Shown piece by piece: positions 37,268-51,230 of a stretch of 64,000 nucleotides of DNA. The notes under the pieces are model-generated. The model did no database searches. It was not told where the DNA came from and worked only from the letters and a program-made list of their open reading frames with translations. Each line of letters starts with the position of its first letter. Within the stretch, counting starts at the first letter, position 1. The translations under genes and the position numbers were made by a program. The stretch is from Lama guanicoe (taxonomy: Eukaryota), in the NCBI GenBank assembly GCA_013239625.1, contig MU056000.1:9370232-9434231 (forward strand). Reading direction: 5' to 3'.

Positions 37268-38331
37268 AAGAAACAAACTTAATTTTCACTATTACCTGAC
37301 CTCTGCACCAATTCAAATTAATTATGAGACTTGAGAAATACAAAGCAACGTAAAAAAAAAATTAGGTCTACAAATTTATTTTAATGCTAATAAAATCTGG
37401 CTTTTTAAAAGGTTACAACAATATGTACTGTAAAAAAAAAATACCCAGCATAACTTCATGAAAATAAAGACTCAGACAACCACTTGGTAGCTTGTCAGAT
37501 CATGTACAATAAAGCTTTTATTTTCTTCTCTCCACTGTTTTAAAGACATGGTTTGGAATTACAGCCATAGTCATTCCTTTCAAATGCATGTACTTTAAAT
37601 TTTTTAAGAGAGAATTATTTTATTTTCATCAATGAATTATTCAGTTTATGCTTAACAGTGTGAAATTTTTTGGATTTTGACAAGGTTTGAAGACCACATT
37701 AACAACTACACTAACAGTTACACTTTATTTGGACTCTGAATATAAATACTAAATGCATTCATATTTCTTTAAGTTTTTATTTAAAATATGTCTTTTTGGC
37801 CAAGTAAAAAAATTTTTTTTAAAAAAAATTCAAAGTGGGATGACTTCTGACTTTATACAGCTCTGTAATTCAAATCAATTTTGTCCATGTAAAAAAGCAT
37901 CACTTTGTTTTTGGTTTGGAAACTTGAGAGTTTCCTGGGTGCAATCTGAAACATGGAGGGCAAGGAAAGACCAAAGAAAGAGGCAGAACACTCCAAGTTG
38001 GTAAGTGACAGGTTTGACAAGCACAGAAACTTATATACTAGGCCTGTCTTGGGTGGCCAAAGAAGAGTAGATCTCTCCATCCAACCTCCGAAGTCTCTAA
38101 AAGTTTATAGGTATAGTGGTCTTAGACTGGGTTCAGTCACATGTACCATCCAACAGTCTCAACAACATCCTTACTCTTTCAAGGCTACATCCTTGGAACA
38201 GCTTTGGCTGTGGGAATGATGGGCAAAATGCCACACTCCAAGCACCAGGGAGAGGGTGAGGAACCTCCAAATGCTCAGATCCAGCCCACAGGTCAGCCAG
38301 CATTCACATCCTCTCGATACCCTCCTCCAAC

Positions 38332-38540
38332 AATAATTTAGCATTTTTTTCTTTTTTTAATTTATTAAAGTATAGTTGATTTACAATATTGCATTAGTTT
38401 CAAGTGTGCATCATGGTGACCCAAATATCCTACAAGAAAAAGAGAATCACAGGCCCATATCTTGATGAATATAGATGCAAAAATCCTCAACAAAATGCTA
38501 GCAAACTGAATGCAAAAAACGGAATCATTTAGCATTTTTT
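38332..38540 (-). mobile_element. short L1 insertion with 5' inversion (twin priming) and 18-bp TSD
   Basis: Minus-strand L1 3' end 38350-38420 joined to a plus-strand ORF2 RT piece ~38425-38520 (gatgaatatagatgcaaaaatcctcaacaaaatgctagcaaac); TSD aat(a/c)atttagcatttttt at 38332-38349 and 38523-38540. Confidence 0.8.
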
Positions 38541-39207
38541 ACATTGCATCCTTGTAAGCTATCTCAAATCCTCTTTGAAAAAGAAGTGGGATCAAAATAA
38601 ACTTTTTTCAAAATAAACTTCAAAAGATGTAGTCAATCTGCAATATTATTAGGGCAAAGTTACATCAGTAAGATGCTGTTTTGAAATAAATATGAGATAT
38701 CAATCGGAATGGGCTAGTATGTTGTGGTTATAACAACCCACAAATTTCAGTGACTTAAGCACAACCATGGTTCCTTTCTTCTTCATGCTTCACAGCTGTA
38801 TGGTCACTGCTCATTTTAGTCCCTCAGGGTTCAGGTTAACGAGGCAGCCACTATCTTCAACTGTGATGGTCATTCCGAGTACAGAGGGGAAGAGGGAGCT
38901 CTTGAGAGCCTTGGGTCAAAATTAAAATGCAGAACCAAGAAATGATAGACCGCATTCCCACTCTCATCTCATTTGTGGAGCCACAAATCCATTTCAACCA
39001 CAGGAAGTCAGAGAATGAAATGAAATGTAAATAACCCTAAAGGCCAGCACCACCTACCCCTCTGATCACCAAATACTTTGTTTTACTCTCCATTTCACCA
39101 GCAAAATACACTTACAGCCTCCATGAGTGAGATAACTTAAAAGGCGTCCACTCAGCCACACCCTGAGTCTCAAAGGCTTGGGTCTCTAAGTGATGTAAGA
39201 TCTGTTT

Positions 39208-39785
39208 CGTGGCAGTGCCCCTCACTAAGCTACTATCTCTTAGCTTGAATCCCACCTTTCTATGTTCCACCGTAAAACACGGAGATCCTGCAAACCATAG
39301 ATTCTCTTTTACCAGCTGACTCCTGGTTAGGCTTTGCAGTGGAGGGTTTGGGAATACGATTGGAAGACTAGAAGAAGGAAAAGAAACAAAACATGATGCA
39401 GTTATTTCAGTCACAGTGGCTGATAATAGCTTGTAATTTTTCAACACTCTCCAAAGATCCTCACTTTTCCCCCCTCGGAGACAGAAGAATCAGCTAACTA
39501 GAGGTAAGTGCCACTCCATCCAGGTCTGCTTTCCTTCTCTAGAGAGCTCCTGTTCTAATTTCAGCAGTAGAGGGCTGGATCCCAGCTCAGAATCCAGTGC
39601 TGCAATAGTTCTAACTTTTCCTGTCAATTTCCAGTTCCCCAGAGCGGCAGCTGCTTCCATCACACACTCCCTCTGTGATATGGCTAGTGTTCCCTTTCTG
39701 CCTTTTCGCGTAAAAATACTTTGTATTTAATTCTCTGTTAAAGTAGCCAGTGTGCTGTCTCCTGACTCAAATCCTGACTGTTGCA
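39208..39785 (+). mobile_element. LTR41-like ERVL LTR (nested)
   Basis: ctgcaaaccatagattctcttttaccagctgactcctggttaggctttgc..ttccctttctgccttt..tctcctgact..cctgactg. Confidence 0.55.
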
Positions 39786-40156
39786 GTGTCTATTTCAGAT
39801 TGGAACCAGCTCCTCTTGACCCAGAGAACTATATACTCAAAAGACAAGCTATTTATCAACAACCCACTCTATTAAAAATTGTGGGTCAAAGACAGGGTAT
39901 CTGCAATATACATTCCTACTTAGAAAGTGGAAAGAATCTGAGATACAAAGCAGTCAAGTTTCTGAGGATGGGCAGAAATTTTTAAGGGAAGGAAATATTC
40001 ATGAATCTGTTCTGGTTTTGCTTCTTTCCTGGGAGATGGGGGGGGGTCCCCCAGCTCATTGTTTTCTCTGATCCTTTGTTTCCAGCCTCTGTAAAGTCCT
40101 TCATTTTCCATTATCCTCTTAGGCCACTGCTGAAGAAGATTGGAGAACACTCTTTA

Positions 40157-40621
40157 TGTGACAGTCTGAGTCCTGGTGAGAAGCAGATGCCAAGAGGGTA
40201 TTAAATAAGCAAGAGATTTATTAGGACGCATGCCTGTGGGAGAAGGTGTTAGGAGAAGGTGCCGGGGGAGGCTGAGGAACCTTCAGATCATAATGCAGGT
40301 CTGACCCCAAGGAGAGGAGAGAGGGAAGGAAGTGAGGAAAGATGGAAGGAAGGGACAGCTGAAGCATGTTAAAATGCAGGACAATTCTAAGGAAACGTTG
40401 GCAAGTGTATTAGTGAGTCCTTGAGCCAAAGTCACTCATCAGAGGGGTCCTGCGTCTCCCAGGAATGAGCTTGCGCATGTTCACTTACTACCTGCGAGCC
40501 CCCTGTGGGAAGCGCAGCCCTGGCACACACATGGCGATGGTTTCAGAGGGGCCACGGGAGCCCCCGGTCATGATCCCTGTGATGCTGATGATCCGAGCAG
40601 CACATCCTCATGGCCACCACC
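40157..40621 (-). mobile_element. LTR16-type ERVL LTR (nested)
   Basis: gagaagcagatgccaaga..gcaagagatttattagg..gcaggtctgacc..gagtccttgagccaaagtc..tcagaggggtcctgcgtctcccaggaatg. Confidence 0.6.
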
Positions 40622-40731
40622 CTCTCTTTTGGAATTGAACACCTTCTTAGATTATTTTCCTCCCATATAAATGTGAGAGTTCAAGGTTGTTCAATATTCA
40701 AAACAGTAGAACTTAAACTATAGCCTTATTC

Positions 40732-40734
<3 letters not shown>

Positions 40735-40787
<53 letters not shown>
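40735..40787. repeat. perfect (TTA)n microsatellite, about 17 units
   Basis: Direct reading. Confidence 0.95.
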
Positions 40788-42179
40788 TTCTTTCCCACTA
40801 CAGCTTTCTCAAATCCTTAGGGTCTCATCTATTCTATTCTAGTCCATAGCATGTCCAACAGCGACCCCCATAGCTTTTCCCAGGAACTTTGCTCTCCTTT
40901 TCTGGATATGATTGCTGCCACCTGGAGCCAATCATTTTTCTAGGAGAAAGTCACACTCCAATCTCCTTCCCCTAAGTCATTTTTTCCAACAAAAATGCCT
41001 GACGGACCTAAGCCATTCAAAGTTGAGCAGTGGATTTGAAAGCAGTCTCTTTGATTCTTGCATTTAGCCAGGGTTTAATCTGATTTTCTTGCTCAAGGTA
41101 TTTCTTTATTTGTATTTTACTATTTGAGGTTAAAAAAATACTTATTTTTCCCCCAAACTACAAGCAGCTGAATATCTACACTCTTTACTTCCTATGTTAC
41201 TGCTTGCAAACCAGTCGGTTAGGTTCCCTTCTTTTAGTGCCTTTTCAAAGACTGGTAAGCATACCTAATAACAACCTGCTCTCCAGACCCTTCCACCAGT
41301 GCTATATGCTCAGTGGGTGCATTATGTGCTTTTCAAGTTTATTCAAGAGACAGTTTCACCAAATAATAATTCCCACTACATAACGATGGCCACCTTTTGT
41401 TCTGAATAAATCATGCCTTGGCAATTATATAGTTGTCCTGGAAGGACACATCATTGGTAAGAACTATTTACATACAACAGACCACAAGGAGGAGAGTTAA
41501 TTCCTAACATGTACTTGGGGAGAAGAATGAGAATAATACAGCAGACAGAAGAAGAACTTCCATTATTGTTTGTAAAAAATACAGATGCATCAGTACCAGG
41601 TGCACTAAATTTTGCTCATTTTATCCATGCAAATTTCTTTTGCCATTAATATAAATGGATCTAATTACCTGAGCATGATTAAACCAGATTTCCAAGATGC
41701 AACAATATTGCTGCTAGTGATCTGGAGACTCTGTGCAAACACAGCTCGGGGTAGGATCCGCAGGGCATCTGCAGTCTGAGGAACACTGCCAGGGCTAGAA
41801 GACTGAGAAAATATAAAGAGAGAAAGAAATGTTTCCTTTGATGACTCCCAGTCCTATTGGGAATAATGTAAACTTTTAGACTTGTAAGGAAGACTAATCG
41901 TTTTGGACACTTGAAATATAGGTTTTGCCAATCACTTGTTCACTAACGCATTCTCTGATTATATGTCTCAATGTATTGGTGGAACTTTTTGCTCCTCTTC
42001 TCCAAAATTCTCTTTAAACTACAGAGAAGGAAATTTCTGCTGGTAATTCCCAATGTGGGAATGTTGAAAGGGTGGTTTCTGTCCCTTTCTCCCCTTTATT
42101 TGTGTCTACAGATAAGTGGTAAAGTAACTAACTAGACAAGGAGGAGTAAGGAGAGTGACATTTATTAGGATGTAAGCAT

Positions 42180-42296
42180 CACAGTTTAATTGAAACCATC
42201 ATGGTTTCAACCTGTATCCTGACATGAATCATTAACAACCTGTCCTTTCACTGTTAAAAGTGTCCTGCCATTGACAGAAAATTGTGTGATAGCTCC
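42180..42296. mobile_element. MER81-like hAT-Blackjack fragment
   Basis: atcattaacaacctgtcctttcactgttaaaagtgtcctg. Confidence 0.45.
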
Positions 42297-42446
42297 AGTT
42301 AAAAATCCCCAGTTATGCATGGTGTGTTTCTCACCTCCTGCTTCCTCTTGATGGCCACCCATATTCTTGGGCAGCAGATTTGGAGCTTCCGCTCTCTATG
42401 CAGTTATTCCTTTTGAATGAACCCTCTTAATTTTGAGAAGGACTAT

Positions 42447-42855
42447 GTGATAGCTAATCTTGTGTCGGCTTGGCTAGGCTATGGGGCCCAAGTGTTCGGT
42501 AAGACACCAGTCCTGATGGTGCCATGGAGATACTTTGTAGACATGATTAATAGCTAAAATTAATTGCCCTGAAGTAAAGGAGATTACTCTGGATAATGTG
42601 GATGGGACTCATTCAATCAGTTAAACATATTAAGAGCAAAAACTGAGGTTTGCTAGCAAAAGAATTCAAGACTGTTAACATAGAAATCTTGCCTGAGTTA
42701 CCAGCCTGCTGACCTGCCGTACAAATTTTGCACTTGCCAGTTCTCACCATCACATGAACCAATTCCTCAAAATCTTTGTATGTATGTGTATGTGTGTGTG
42801 TGTGCATCGTTATATTGGTTTTGTTTCTCCAGAAAATGCTATACCAATTGATACA
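42447..42855 (+). mobile_element. MLT2D-type ERVL solo LTR
   Basis: TGtgatagctaat..cttggctaggctatgg..agtaaaggagattactctggataatgtgg..taagagcaaaaactgaggttt..tattggttttgtttctc..gataCA. Confidence 0.8.
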
Positions 42856-45800
42856 GCCTGCTGTAGTTCAACTCTTCTACCTGACTTTGAAACTAGCTGT
42901 GATACAATCTATTCTTAAAAAAATTGCCAAAAACTGCACTGTTCATCTCAGACACACCAGCATCTCCTATGAGTCAAGGATTCATTCTAAGACACATGAA
43001 ATAATATTCTGATGGCAGAATCATTCAAGCGTCTAGTGGGGCCACATGGCAATGTCTTCAGGAAGCCAGAGACTACAAAGCAGAGCTGCTCATTGGCTCT
43101 TGCAGGTCCTATCAGTTTGCTCATAAGCGAGTGAGGTACGCACACCATCCCTCTAGCCACCCTCACCACTTGAGCACCACTCAACTCTCTAGTTAGAAAG
43201 TATTTTCAACAATTCTTATTGTTAGATTTCACTAATAATCCTGGTTTTTCAACTCCTGATGCTAATTCCTGAGATGTAGCTTCCAGACCAAGGTGTTTCA
43301 AATGACGGCCACCCCTAGGGTACCAGTTATACTTATCTAGACATGGAATTTCAGTGATTTTAATAAAATACAGTTAAAATAATTTATCACACAGAAATTT
43401 AACAATCACATGCATCATCAAGTCTAGGTTATTATTTATCCCGATACAAAGTCAATATTAGACTAGAGTGTAAGGTATTGGCAATAGAAAAAGATATAAA
43501 ATCTTACTATATTAATTAAACAAGAGAAAAATAAGAAAACTAGGTAGAGTAAAACTGCAGAAATATGAGTAATTAAGGAAAACTCATGCAGCTGAAATCT
43601 CATTTCTTTACATAATTAGTTTAAGCAGAGCCATCTCATAAGGTAGTCCCATTTTAACAATTTAAAACACATTTTTGAGTGCCTAACAGCAAAAATAAAT
43701 TTATAAAGTCTCTGATCTTGAACATTTAATATTTATATTTATAAATATACTTAATGTAAATATAACTTTATATATTCCACATTCTATAAATATACATTTA
43801 TATTTATAATATATAAATGACTTGCCTTGCATTCTAGTGGGAAAAAAAGGTGCAAAAAACAAAGCAAATAGTGTAGTATAACTTAATGTAGAAATATGAT
43901 AAATGTATTCTAATATATTACAGTGATTAGTGCTATAAAGAAGTACGAATCAATATGAAAGTAAACAAGTGGGTAAGGATTCAGTTTTAAATGGAGCAAT
44001 AATTCTAAAATTTTGTGAATAAAAACTATCTTAGTCTTTTTGATTCTGAAATGCCCTTTTGTGCCCACCCATTGATGCTAGCTTAGCTGGGACAAACGTC
44101 TACTATCCTTTGAGAACTTGGGAGATACTATGCTACCATCTTCTAACATCATTTTTTTTGTAGATGAAAATTTTGTTGTCAGTGTAAAAGGTTAAATCTT
44201 TCTAAATTTTAAATAATTGGTTTTGAACAAATATTGATTCTATGCCATTTCTTCTCTTTAGGAAATCTAATTATATGAATACTGAAACTTTTCCCTTTCT
44301 GTTTTCTCTGTTGCTTAATATTAGCTTTTCTAGTATGTGTATGCATTTGTGTGTGTGTGTATGTGTGTGTGTGCATGTGTATGTGTCGGGGAGGAGGGTT
44401 CTTACTAGATTCTTAGCTAATTACCAAATATGATTTTATTCATTTATTCTAACATTGATTTTATTCAGCTTGGAGTTTATCAACCCATTAAATTTTATTT
44501 AAATAAATATATTTTCCCATTGTAGTATCTCATATTAATTCTTTTTATTTTCATGTACTATCTTGTTGTTCTCTGCTATATTTTGTCTTATATTTTACTG
44601 ATTTTTTTTTTTGGTGGATTTAAGATTCACATGGAGTGAGAATGTGAGTGCTGTCTCTCAGTCTTCCTCATTCTCTCTCTCTCCCCCTTCCTTTCTCTCC
44701 ACTTCTCACCGCCCTAGTTTAGAACTAAATCTATTTTTGGATAGCTGAGGACTCTTGCACTCTGGTGACATTGAGTATATAGGCATCAAACCACTAACCC
44801 AAAGAGTAGAAAGATGTGCTATTTTGTTATTTCCTTTCTCCCTCGGGACATAGATTATATAACTCCAATACTGGGTGAGCCCCACTCCAGCAACTGATTC
44901 TAAGCAGTGAGACTTGATCAAATGGAGCTCTTACTCTCGTTTTCCCAAGAAGTCCAAATTTTCAGCTGCTCAGTTGTAATTCCAATCCCAATAGCCTCAT
45001 AGCTTTACTTTTCACAAAATTTTTTGTTTATTTTTTAATTCTGTTACACAAAGATGTTTGTATTAAATTTATAGTATACATGTCTTCATTAATGTTCTCT
45101 TTTAATTTCCAGCCATCATCATCATGCTCTTGGAGCATTCAGAATGTGAAGGTCCATTACCATCTTGGCTTGAATGCAGTAGCACATTCTCAGTAGTTAA
45201 TCTGTGGCTCAGGGCATTTTCAGTGTTCTTGTTTCTTTCTTTCTTTCTGCTTTTATGCATTTCCAGACTTTTCCTCAATAATCTTGTACTTCTTTGGACA
45301 GGAGAAAAGAAAGGATGAATTTAAGATCTGGAAAGGAAAGGCAGTTTGTAAATATTTAACCTATACAAATTCTAGTGATTTTTCTAGCAAATACTCATTG
45401 GACACTTTCAGTCTAGAGACAAGAGAGAAAATTCTTAAGTAAATTAGGACATCAAGTCAGCAGGGGGGAAAAAAAGATAGTAAGAGAAAGAAACCGACTA
45501 CATTTTCTTACCTCATTAAGTTGAAATATTTCTATGTAATTAGCAATTTTCACTTCTGAGTATAGTGTAAGCTAACAGTCATTTTCCAAATAGCAAAGGT
45601 TATTTTAGATACTGCTTGGTGATTTGTTTGCAAATCCCCAAGCTGAGCACTGAGTTTTGAAAACCTCCACTTCTTTGACATCAGTGTGTAGGTCTTGCCT
45701 AAATTGGTCATCAAAATGTCAACCAGACATATTTGCATAAAAGAACTATATGACAAAAAAAAAGCACTAAGAAGAAAAAGAAATCGAATTTTCCTAATGA

Positions 45801-46239
45801 GCTTTAAAAAATGCTTCAGAGGATGCTGGTAAAATGGCCTAAAGATCCCTCCTTCCTTGGGACAGTAAATCAGATTTCGCAGGCTAGAACATTTATTTTA
45901 CCTTCAGTAGATTTCTGCCCTTAAATTTAAAAAATTAAATGTAACCATTTGTACTTGAATAACCAACTCCACACTTAAGTATTTAAACAGCTTATGCTAT
46001 TATTCTTAGTTTCAAATAGCTAAAATCTGTAGGAGGATCAAGGGGAAGTAACTATATCAATCCTAAACTAGAGAGATATTGGCATTGAAACCAGTGAACT
46101 AATTTCTTCATATCAACCATGTACGGTGATTCTGAATATATTTTATTCATTAAATTTATAAACCTAAACCTATAGTTCACCAATGACATTCATGTTGGCA
46201 AAGCCAATGATCAGTCCTCAATCTTCACCTTATTCATCC

Positions 46240-46825
46240 TGTCCTAACAAAAAATGCACCAGAAAAAGTTAAACAAGCAATGAAGTTGTCAGTCGGGAAT
46301 ACCACAAAAGAGGAGGGAGGCTAAAACTGAAGTCTCAACTCAACTCTACTGAAACAAAAGGTCAGGGAAAGTTTAATTGCTGGAGTGAGCTACTGGAAAA
46401 ATCCTAGAGAAAGTTAGGCTTAAGGTTAATAGTGGGATGTACTAAGCACATTGAGTTATTCTTGAGTTTGTAAATATTTTCACTCTGTGATTAAACCATC
46501 TGTGTTTGCTAATTGGTGCCCATGGAAGCTAAGCTCCTATTCTCCAAAAAAAAAAAAAAACTGGGGAATAGAGGCACCATATTCCTTGATAATGACATTT
46601 TGGAGGGATGGCTCCTATGTTTTTGAGGAGGACATTCTGGGGGTATAACACTGGCTAGATGCTTTTAAAAAGGTTTACATCTTAAAGGGACAGAGGAAGA
46701 ATTTACTGCTACCAGTTCTCTAAAGTAAATGCTTTAAGAGAAGGGAGGTCAAGGGCCTGGATTCAGGAAGAAGCCTGTCTGAACTTCAGCCAAGCTGGGA
46801 GCCACTGTAAGTCCCCCGCGGGTCA
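46240..46825 (-). mobile_element. MER67-like ERV1 LTR (nested in L2)
   Basis: TG..aaaagttaaacaagcaa..ccatctgtgtttgctaattgg..ttacatcttaaagggacagag..tctaaagtaaatgctttaagagaagggaggtc..ggtCA. Confidence 0.65.
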
Positions 46826-46959
46826 GTTCTCTCGGCAGCGTTTGACGAGGTTGATCATTCTCTCCTGCAGACACTGCTTTGACTTGGCTTCTGGGACGCA
46901 GCCCGTGGCCAGTTTCCCCTCTGCCTCTTCAGAGGCTATTTCTGTGTCATTCTTCTTGG

Positions 46960-47310
46960 ACTTGAGGACTCTAAGGCTGCCATGACAAAGCACCACACAC
47001 TGGGTGACTTAAACACCATAAATGGATTTCTCATAGTTACAGAGGTTGAAAATGTGAGATTGAGGTTTTGCCAGATTTGTTTTCTCCTGAAGCCCCTCTT
47101 CCTGGCTTGTAGATGGCCGACTTCTCCCTGTGTCCTCAAATGGCCTTTTATTTATGTCTCTTCTTCTTTTTCTTGTTAGGACACCACCCTTATGACCTCA
47201 TTAGCCTTCATTATCTCCTTTATGGCCCTGTCTCCAAGTGCGGTCACTTTGGAGGTTCGGGCTTCAACACATAAATTGAGGGGCGGGGGAGCACAATGCA
47301 ATCAATAATA
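46960..47310 (-). mobile_element. MLT1A-type MaLR LTR (nested in L2)
   Basis: ggctgccatgacaaagcaccacacactgggtgacttaaaca..cctggcttgtagatggccgacttctccctgtgtcctca..ggccctgtctccaa. Confidence 0.75.
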
Positions 47311-50300
47311 CTTCGTGAGCTCAGAAAGCTGGGGAGTCACAAGGTCAGTGCACTGGTCCTTCTCTCCTGCAATCTGATTCTGGCACTGCAGAAATCCTCT
47401 GCAGATTAAACGTAATATTTTTTAATCAATGACATCCAAATTTACATCCTCAGCCTTGAGTTTTCCCACACATTGAGAAGACCTATAGCCAAATTTCTCT
47501 ATGTCATCTCCATTTAATATTTAATAGACACTTGAAATGTAACATAAAATATGAATTCCTCATTTCCTGTTAAGATAAAACTTGCCAAGTTTCCCCATAA
47601 CTCAAAGAAATAACGCCAATGTTCAGCTGCTCAAGCCAAAAAAACTTCTTGTCATTTTTCATACTTTCTCATACTTTGTCATCCCCAAACCAATTCATCT
47701 GTCAATTCTTTCAACTACTCTTTCAAAACATATCTTAAATCTTAACCAAATCCAAAGGAGAGGGGGTTTGGCTCTGGTTCTGTGTTTATTCATTGTGTGA
47801 ATTTGGTAATTGCATTAACCATTTTGCCCCAATTTCATCTTATCTAAAATAGATTTTTAAAATATTCACCTCATAGATATTTGTTTTATTATCACCCCAA
47901 ACGCCTGGCATGTAGTAATTGCTTAATTAATAAATGACAAACATAATCACATTGTGTACTTTAAGAAGTTCCTCCCAGTTGGGATATCATAACAAGTTTA
48001 TCAACAATACAATAGCTTCATTGTTTTTTTTTTCTTCTTTATTTCCCACAGGAAATCTTGGTCAGCAGTTAAGTATACTCAAAACTTAAAATGGTTGAGC
48101 ATAAATTGGGTTTATTGTAAACACTCGAACAATTCCTACTCTCACCACTGCCTTCCCAAAGTTGGTGCATAATTCATTTTGACTGAGACCAGGCAACAGC
48201 CAAATTTAAATACATATGCAGCAGCAAACTTGACAAATGACCAAAACTATAGAACTTATCTTCTGCCAACTAAAGCTTCAGAAAATATAGTCTTCACTGC
48301 ATCTAGAATTTTGACCCACTGTCTCCTTCTGGAACCTCCCTATATGGAGACCGTACAGGCTAAGTGAATAAGCTCAGGGTGTGAAAGAGGGCAGGTCATC
48401 TCTGCCAGCTGCCCCTCAACAGGTATCACACTCAATCATCATTCTTCTCTCCTTTTTTTTTTAAGGGATCAATCTACTCCATTGAGGTTCACGACATTGA
48501 CTTATTCCCAAATACTTTACCCCTAAGTTCTCTGGGGTCATTGTGGTAAGCTTGATGCTTTTGTGGCTCTTTATTCATTAAAAGAAGCATAATATTTCAC
48601 CAAGTCACTGAACTGAGATGAAAGAGTGAATGTATCATGAATTCCTCTCAAACACTCATCTCGTAACTGAGAATGGGCTGAGTGCACTAAGAATAGTGTT
48701 AACTAGTGGAAATGGTCCTGCCAATTGTGGATACAAAGGGTGGTACCATTTGAGGTTAGCTAGTTAGAGATGGGTGGTTTCTCTCCTCCTAGTTTTCCTT
48801 GGAGACTTTGAAGTGGGAAATTCATTTATTCTTAATTGGGGACAGTTGGAGTCACTATGCCTTGTCACTGGCAGCTCCTTGAACACAGAGAACCTCACAG
48901 TCTCTTCTTTGAAGCCTTAATAGATGTCCCTATGCTCTTCTTTCCTTATCTTAATGTCCCCAAGCCAACATTAAGTTCTGCAACCTCCTTGATGCCTCCT
49001 ACGTGACTTTAGTCCACAGGATGCAAAAGCCTCTAGTACCATCTTGCACATTAATCGAGTTTTATACACTTCTTTGTAATGTAGGTTAATTTTTCACATG
49101 TGAATGCCTTGCCATCCATATTTGTTCAGACTTTAACATAGCCAATAACAGGAACTCATTGGCGATGACTTATATTTATATAAATAATGATAGAAAACAA
49201 GAGAAACTGTTTTCTAAAGACCAATGTTCAGGTAGGTCACATGATCAAAGAAAGGTCTGCAGGAACCACATCATAGGTACCAAAATGAGGAGTCACTGCC
49301 AACAAATGCCTGTCTCCCTTGAGCTGGCTCTTACCTCTGCTTCTGCCTTTGGACTTAATTCTACAGACAAGATTTCTTCATAGAGAAGAGAAAGAAGCTA
49401 TCAGTAACCTGACCTTTGGATTCTCCAAATTTAGCAGCCCAGCTGAAGGGAAAAAAACCTCTTGATTCCAGGGTCTGTCTGCCACCCTTACCCCCATTAC
49501 TACTGCCAGGTGATTGGCATTGCCTTATGCTGGCCACTTTTCTATATTGTAGTGGAATTCACTATGGGAATTACAGCCCCACCTCAGTCACAGGGGTCCC
49601 CAAAGTAAGGGATATTGGGAAGAAGAAAAACAAAAATTTTCTGTTTCTATCTTTAGCAAGAGACATTGGAGCTTTATCCATATTAACACATTATTTTATT
49701 ATCTGACATATCTTGAGTACGCTGTTCTAAAAATAGTGATGTAATTATTTTATATTCAATTCTCATGAAACCCTACCATCCCTCAGTTGTAAAACTTCAC
49801 CTGAAATACTTCCATCTTGCCCTACGTACAATACGCCAGGGGGTAAGGACATATTGACTGAACTCTGCTCCAAACTGTCTCACAATAAATAGTACTGTCC
49901 TTGGAAACTTGTGCATAGCAGACAGTGTTTGTGAAGGGCCTGCAGGATCACATTTCACCTATTTTTTTTCTGGCTTCTTATCCTACTGTATTTTCCATTT
50001 CCCTGCCTTGAGTTCTACTAATTTTCACCAAGAAATGAGTAATTAAGCTTTATAATGATGGAAGACCCATGAATAATCTGACATCTTGCCATCTTGAGCA
50101 GTAGCCTTGAAAGATTCGTGCATATCAAAGCTTTATGTCATTTTTTGTATGCCTTCAAATGGACAGGAATCTACTAAAGCATGTCCTTTTATTCAAATTC
50201 TTGCTAATGATGATAAATACTACCCAAACACGCCAACACCCTAAGTAATTTTTGGCCAAATCCACTAAAGCTTCAACTTTTGAGACTGTATTTTCTAAGT

Positions 50301-51070
50301 TCCAAGAATTGAGCAACTGTTGAACTTTGCTAACATTTAGCAAAGGTATCCAGTAACCCCAACCACATGGAAATTCTCCACACCACTGTTTAAACAGCTT
50401 TACATTTTAGTACATCACACTTATAATACTCTCTCCTGGTTCCAGTGTTTAAATTGGTTAAGACCATTTTATTTTCAGGTATAAGAACCTATAATATTTT
50501 AAGCTAGAGGATTAGTTCACATATTTATGATGAACACTTGGAAGAACTAAAGTAAACACGGCTTTAGGAACTGAAAGTAGAATTCAACACCACTGGGACT
50601 CACTCTCCTGTTTCTTAGCTCTTTTAAAATTAATTCTGAATGTACACTATCCTCAGGGAGTAATACAGATAGATGCTTGAGAGTTTCTCATTCACATTCC
50701 CTCACCTTAGCAATCCTAGATGAAGGAGAGGTCAATTATCTCCTTATTTTCTTACCAAAGAAAGACTTAGATTCACTTTATCTGAGTCATATGCCCACTC
50801 TTTCATTGATCACTGTTTTCAGAAATATAAAAGCTTATAACTAACAAGGTTAGAGCCATATTCTCTTTCCCATGGACTGGTTGAGGGGTGTCTACCTATA
50901 ATGTCAACCTTATTAGAATCATATAAAAGAAAGGAAAGAAGCAAAGGCTTCCCCAAAAAAGACATTAAATAAGTTTTCCACTATTCCCTACTTGAATTTT
51001 TCCATATTAAAGGAATAATAACAGATTACACTTATCAAATCCTTTTACAGTTACAACTCTGACTATGAGT

Positions 51071-51230
51071 TAACTTAGTCAAACAATAATCGTCTAAGGT
51101 AGGTATTATAATTATTACCACTTTCCAGGTGAGGAATCTGAGTCTTCATAAAACAGAGCAAGTTGTCTAAAACTTCAAGTCTAGGAAACAGCAGGCTCTG
51201 CATGAAACTCAGATTTCTCTGACCCTTCAG
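51071..51230 (-). mobile_element. MIR SINE
   Basis: aggtaggtattataattattaccactttccaggtgaggaatctgag. Confidence 0.6.

Larger units (their letters stand above)
38698..41400 (-). mobile_element. MLT1 (J/K-like) LTR plus MaLR internal sequence, interrupted by two ERVL LTRs
   Basis: LTR at 38698-39055, then MLT1-int-like segments (caccaaata.., aaaagacaagctat.., ccccagctcattgttttc.., gacagtttcaccaaa) on both sides of the inserts. Confidence 0.55.
46174..47750 (+). mobile_element. L2 (RT region to 3' part) split by two LTR insertions
   Basis: gttcaccaatgacattcatgttggcaaagccaatg..; resumes ctctcggcagcgtttgacgaggttgatcattc (LSAAFDEVDH) and again after 47310. Confidence 0.65.
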
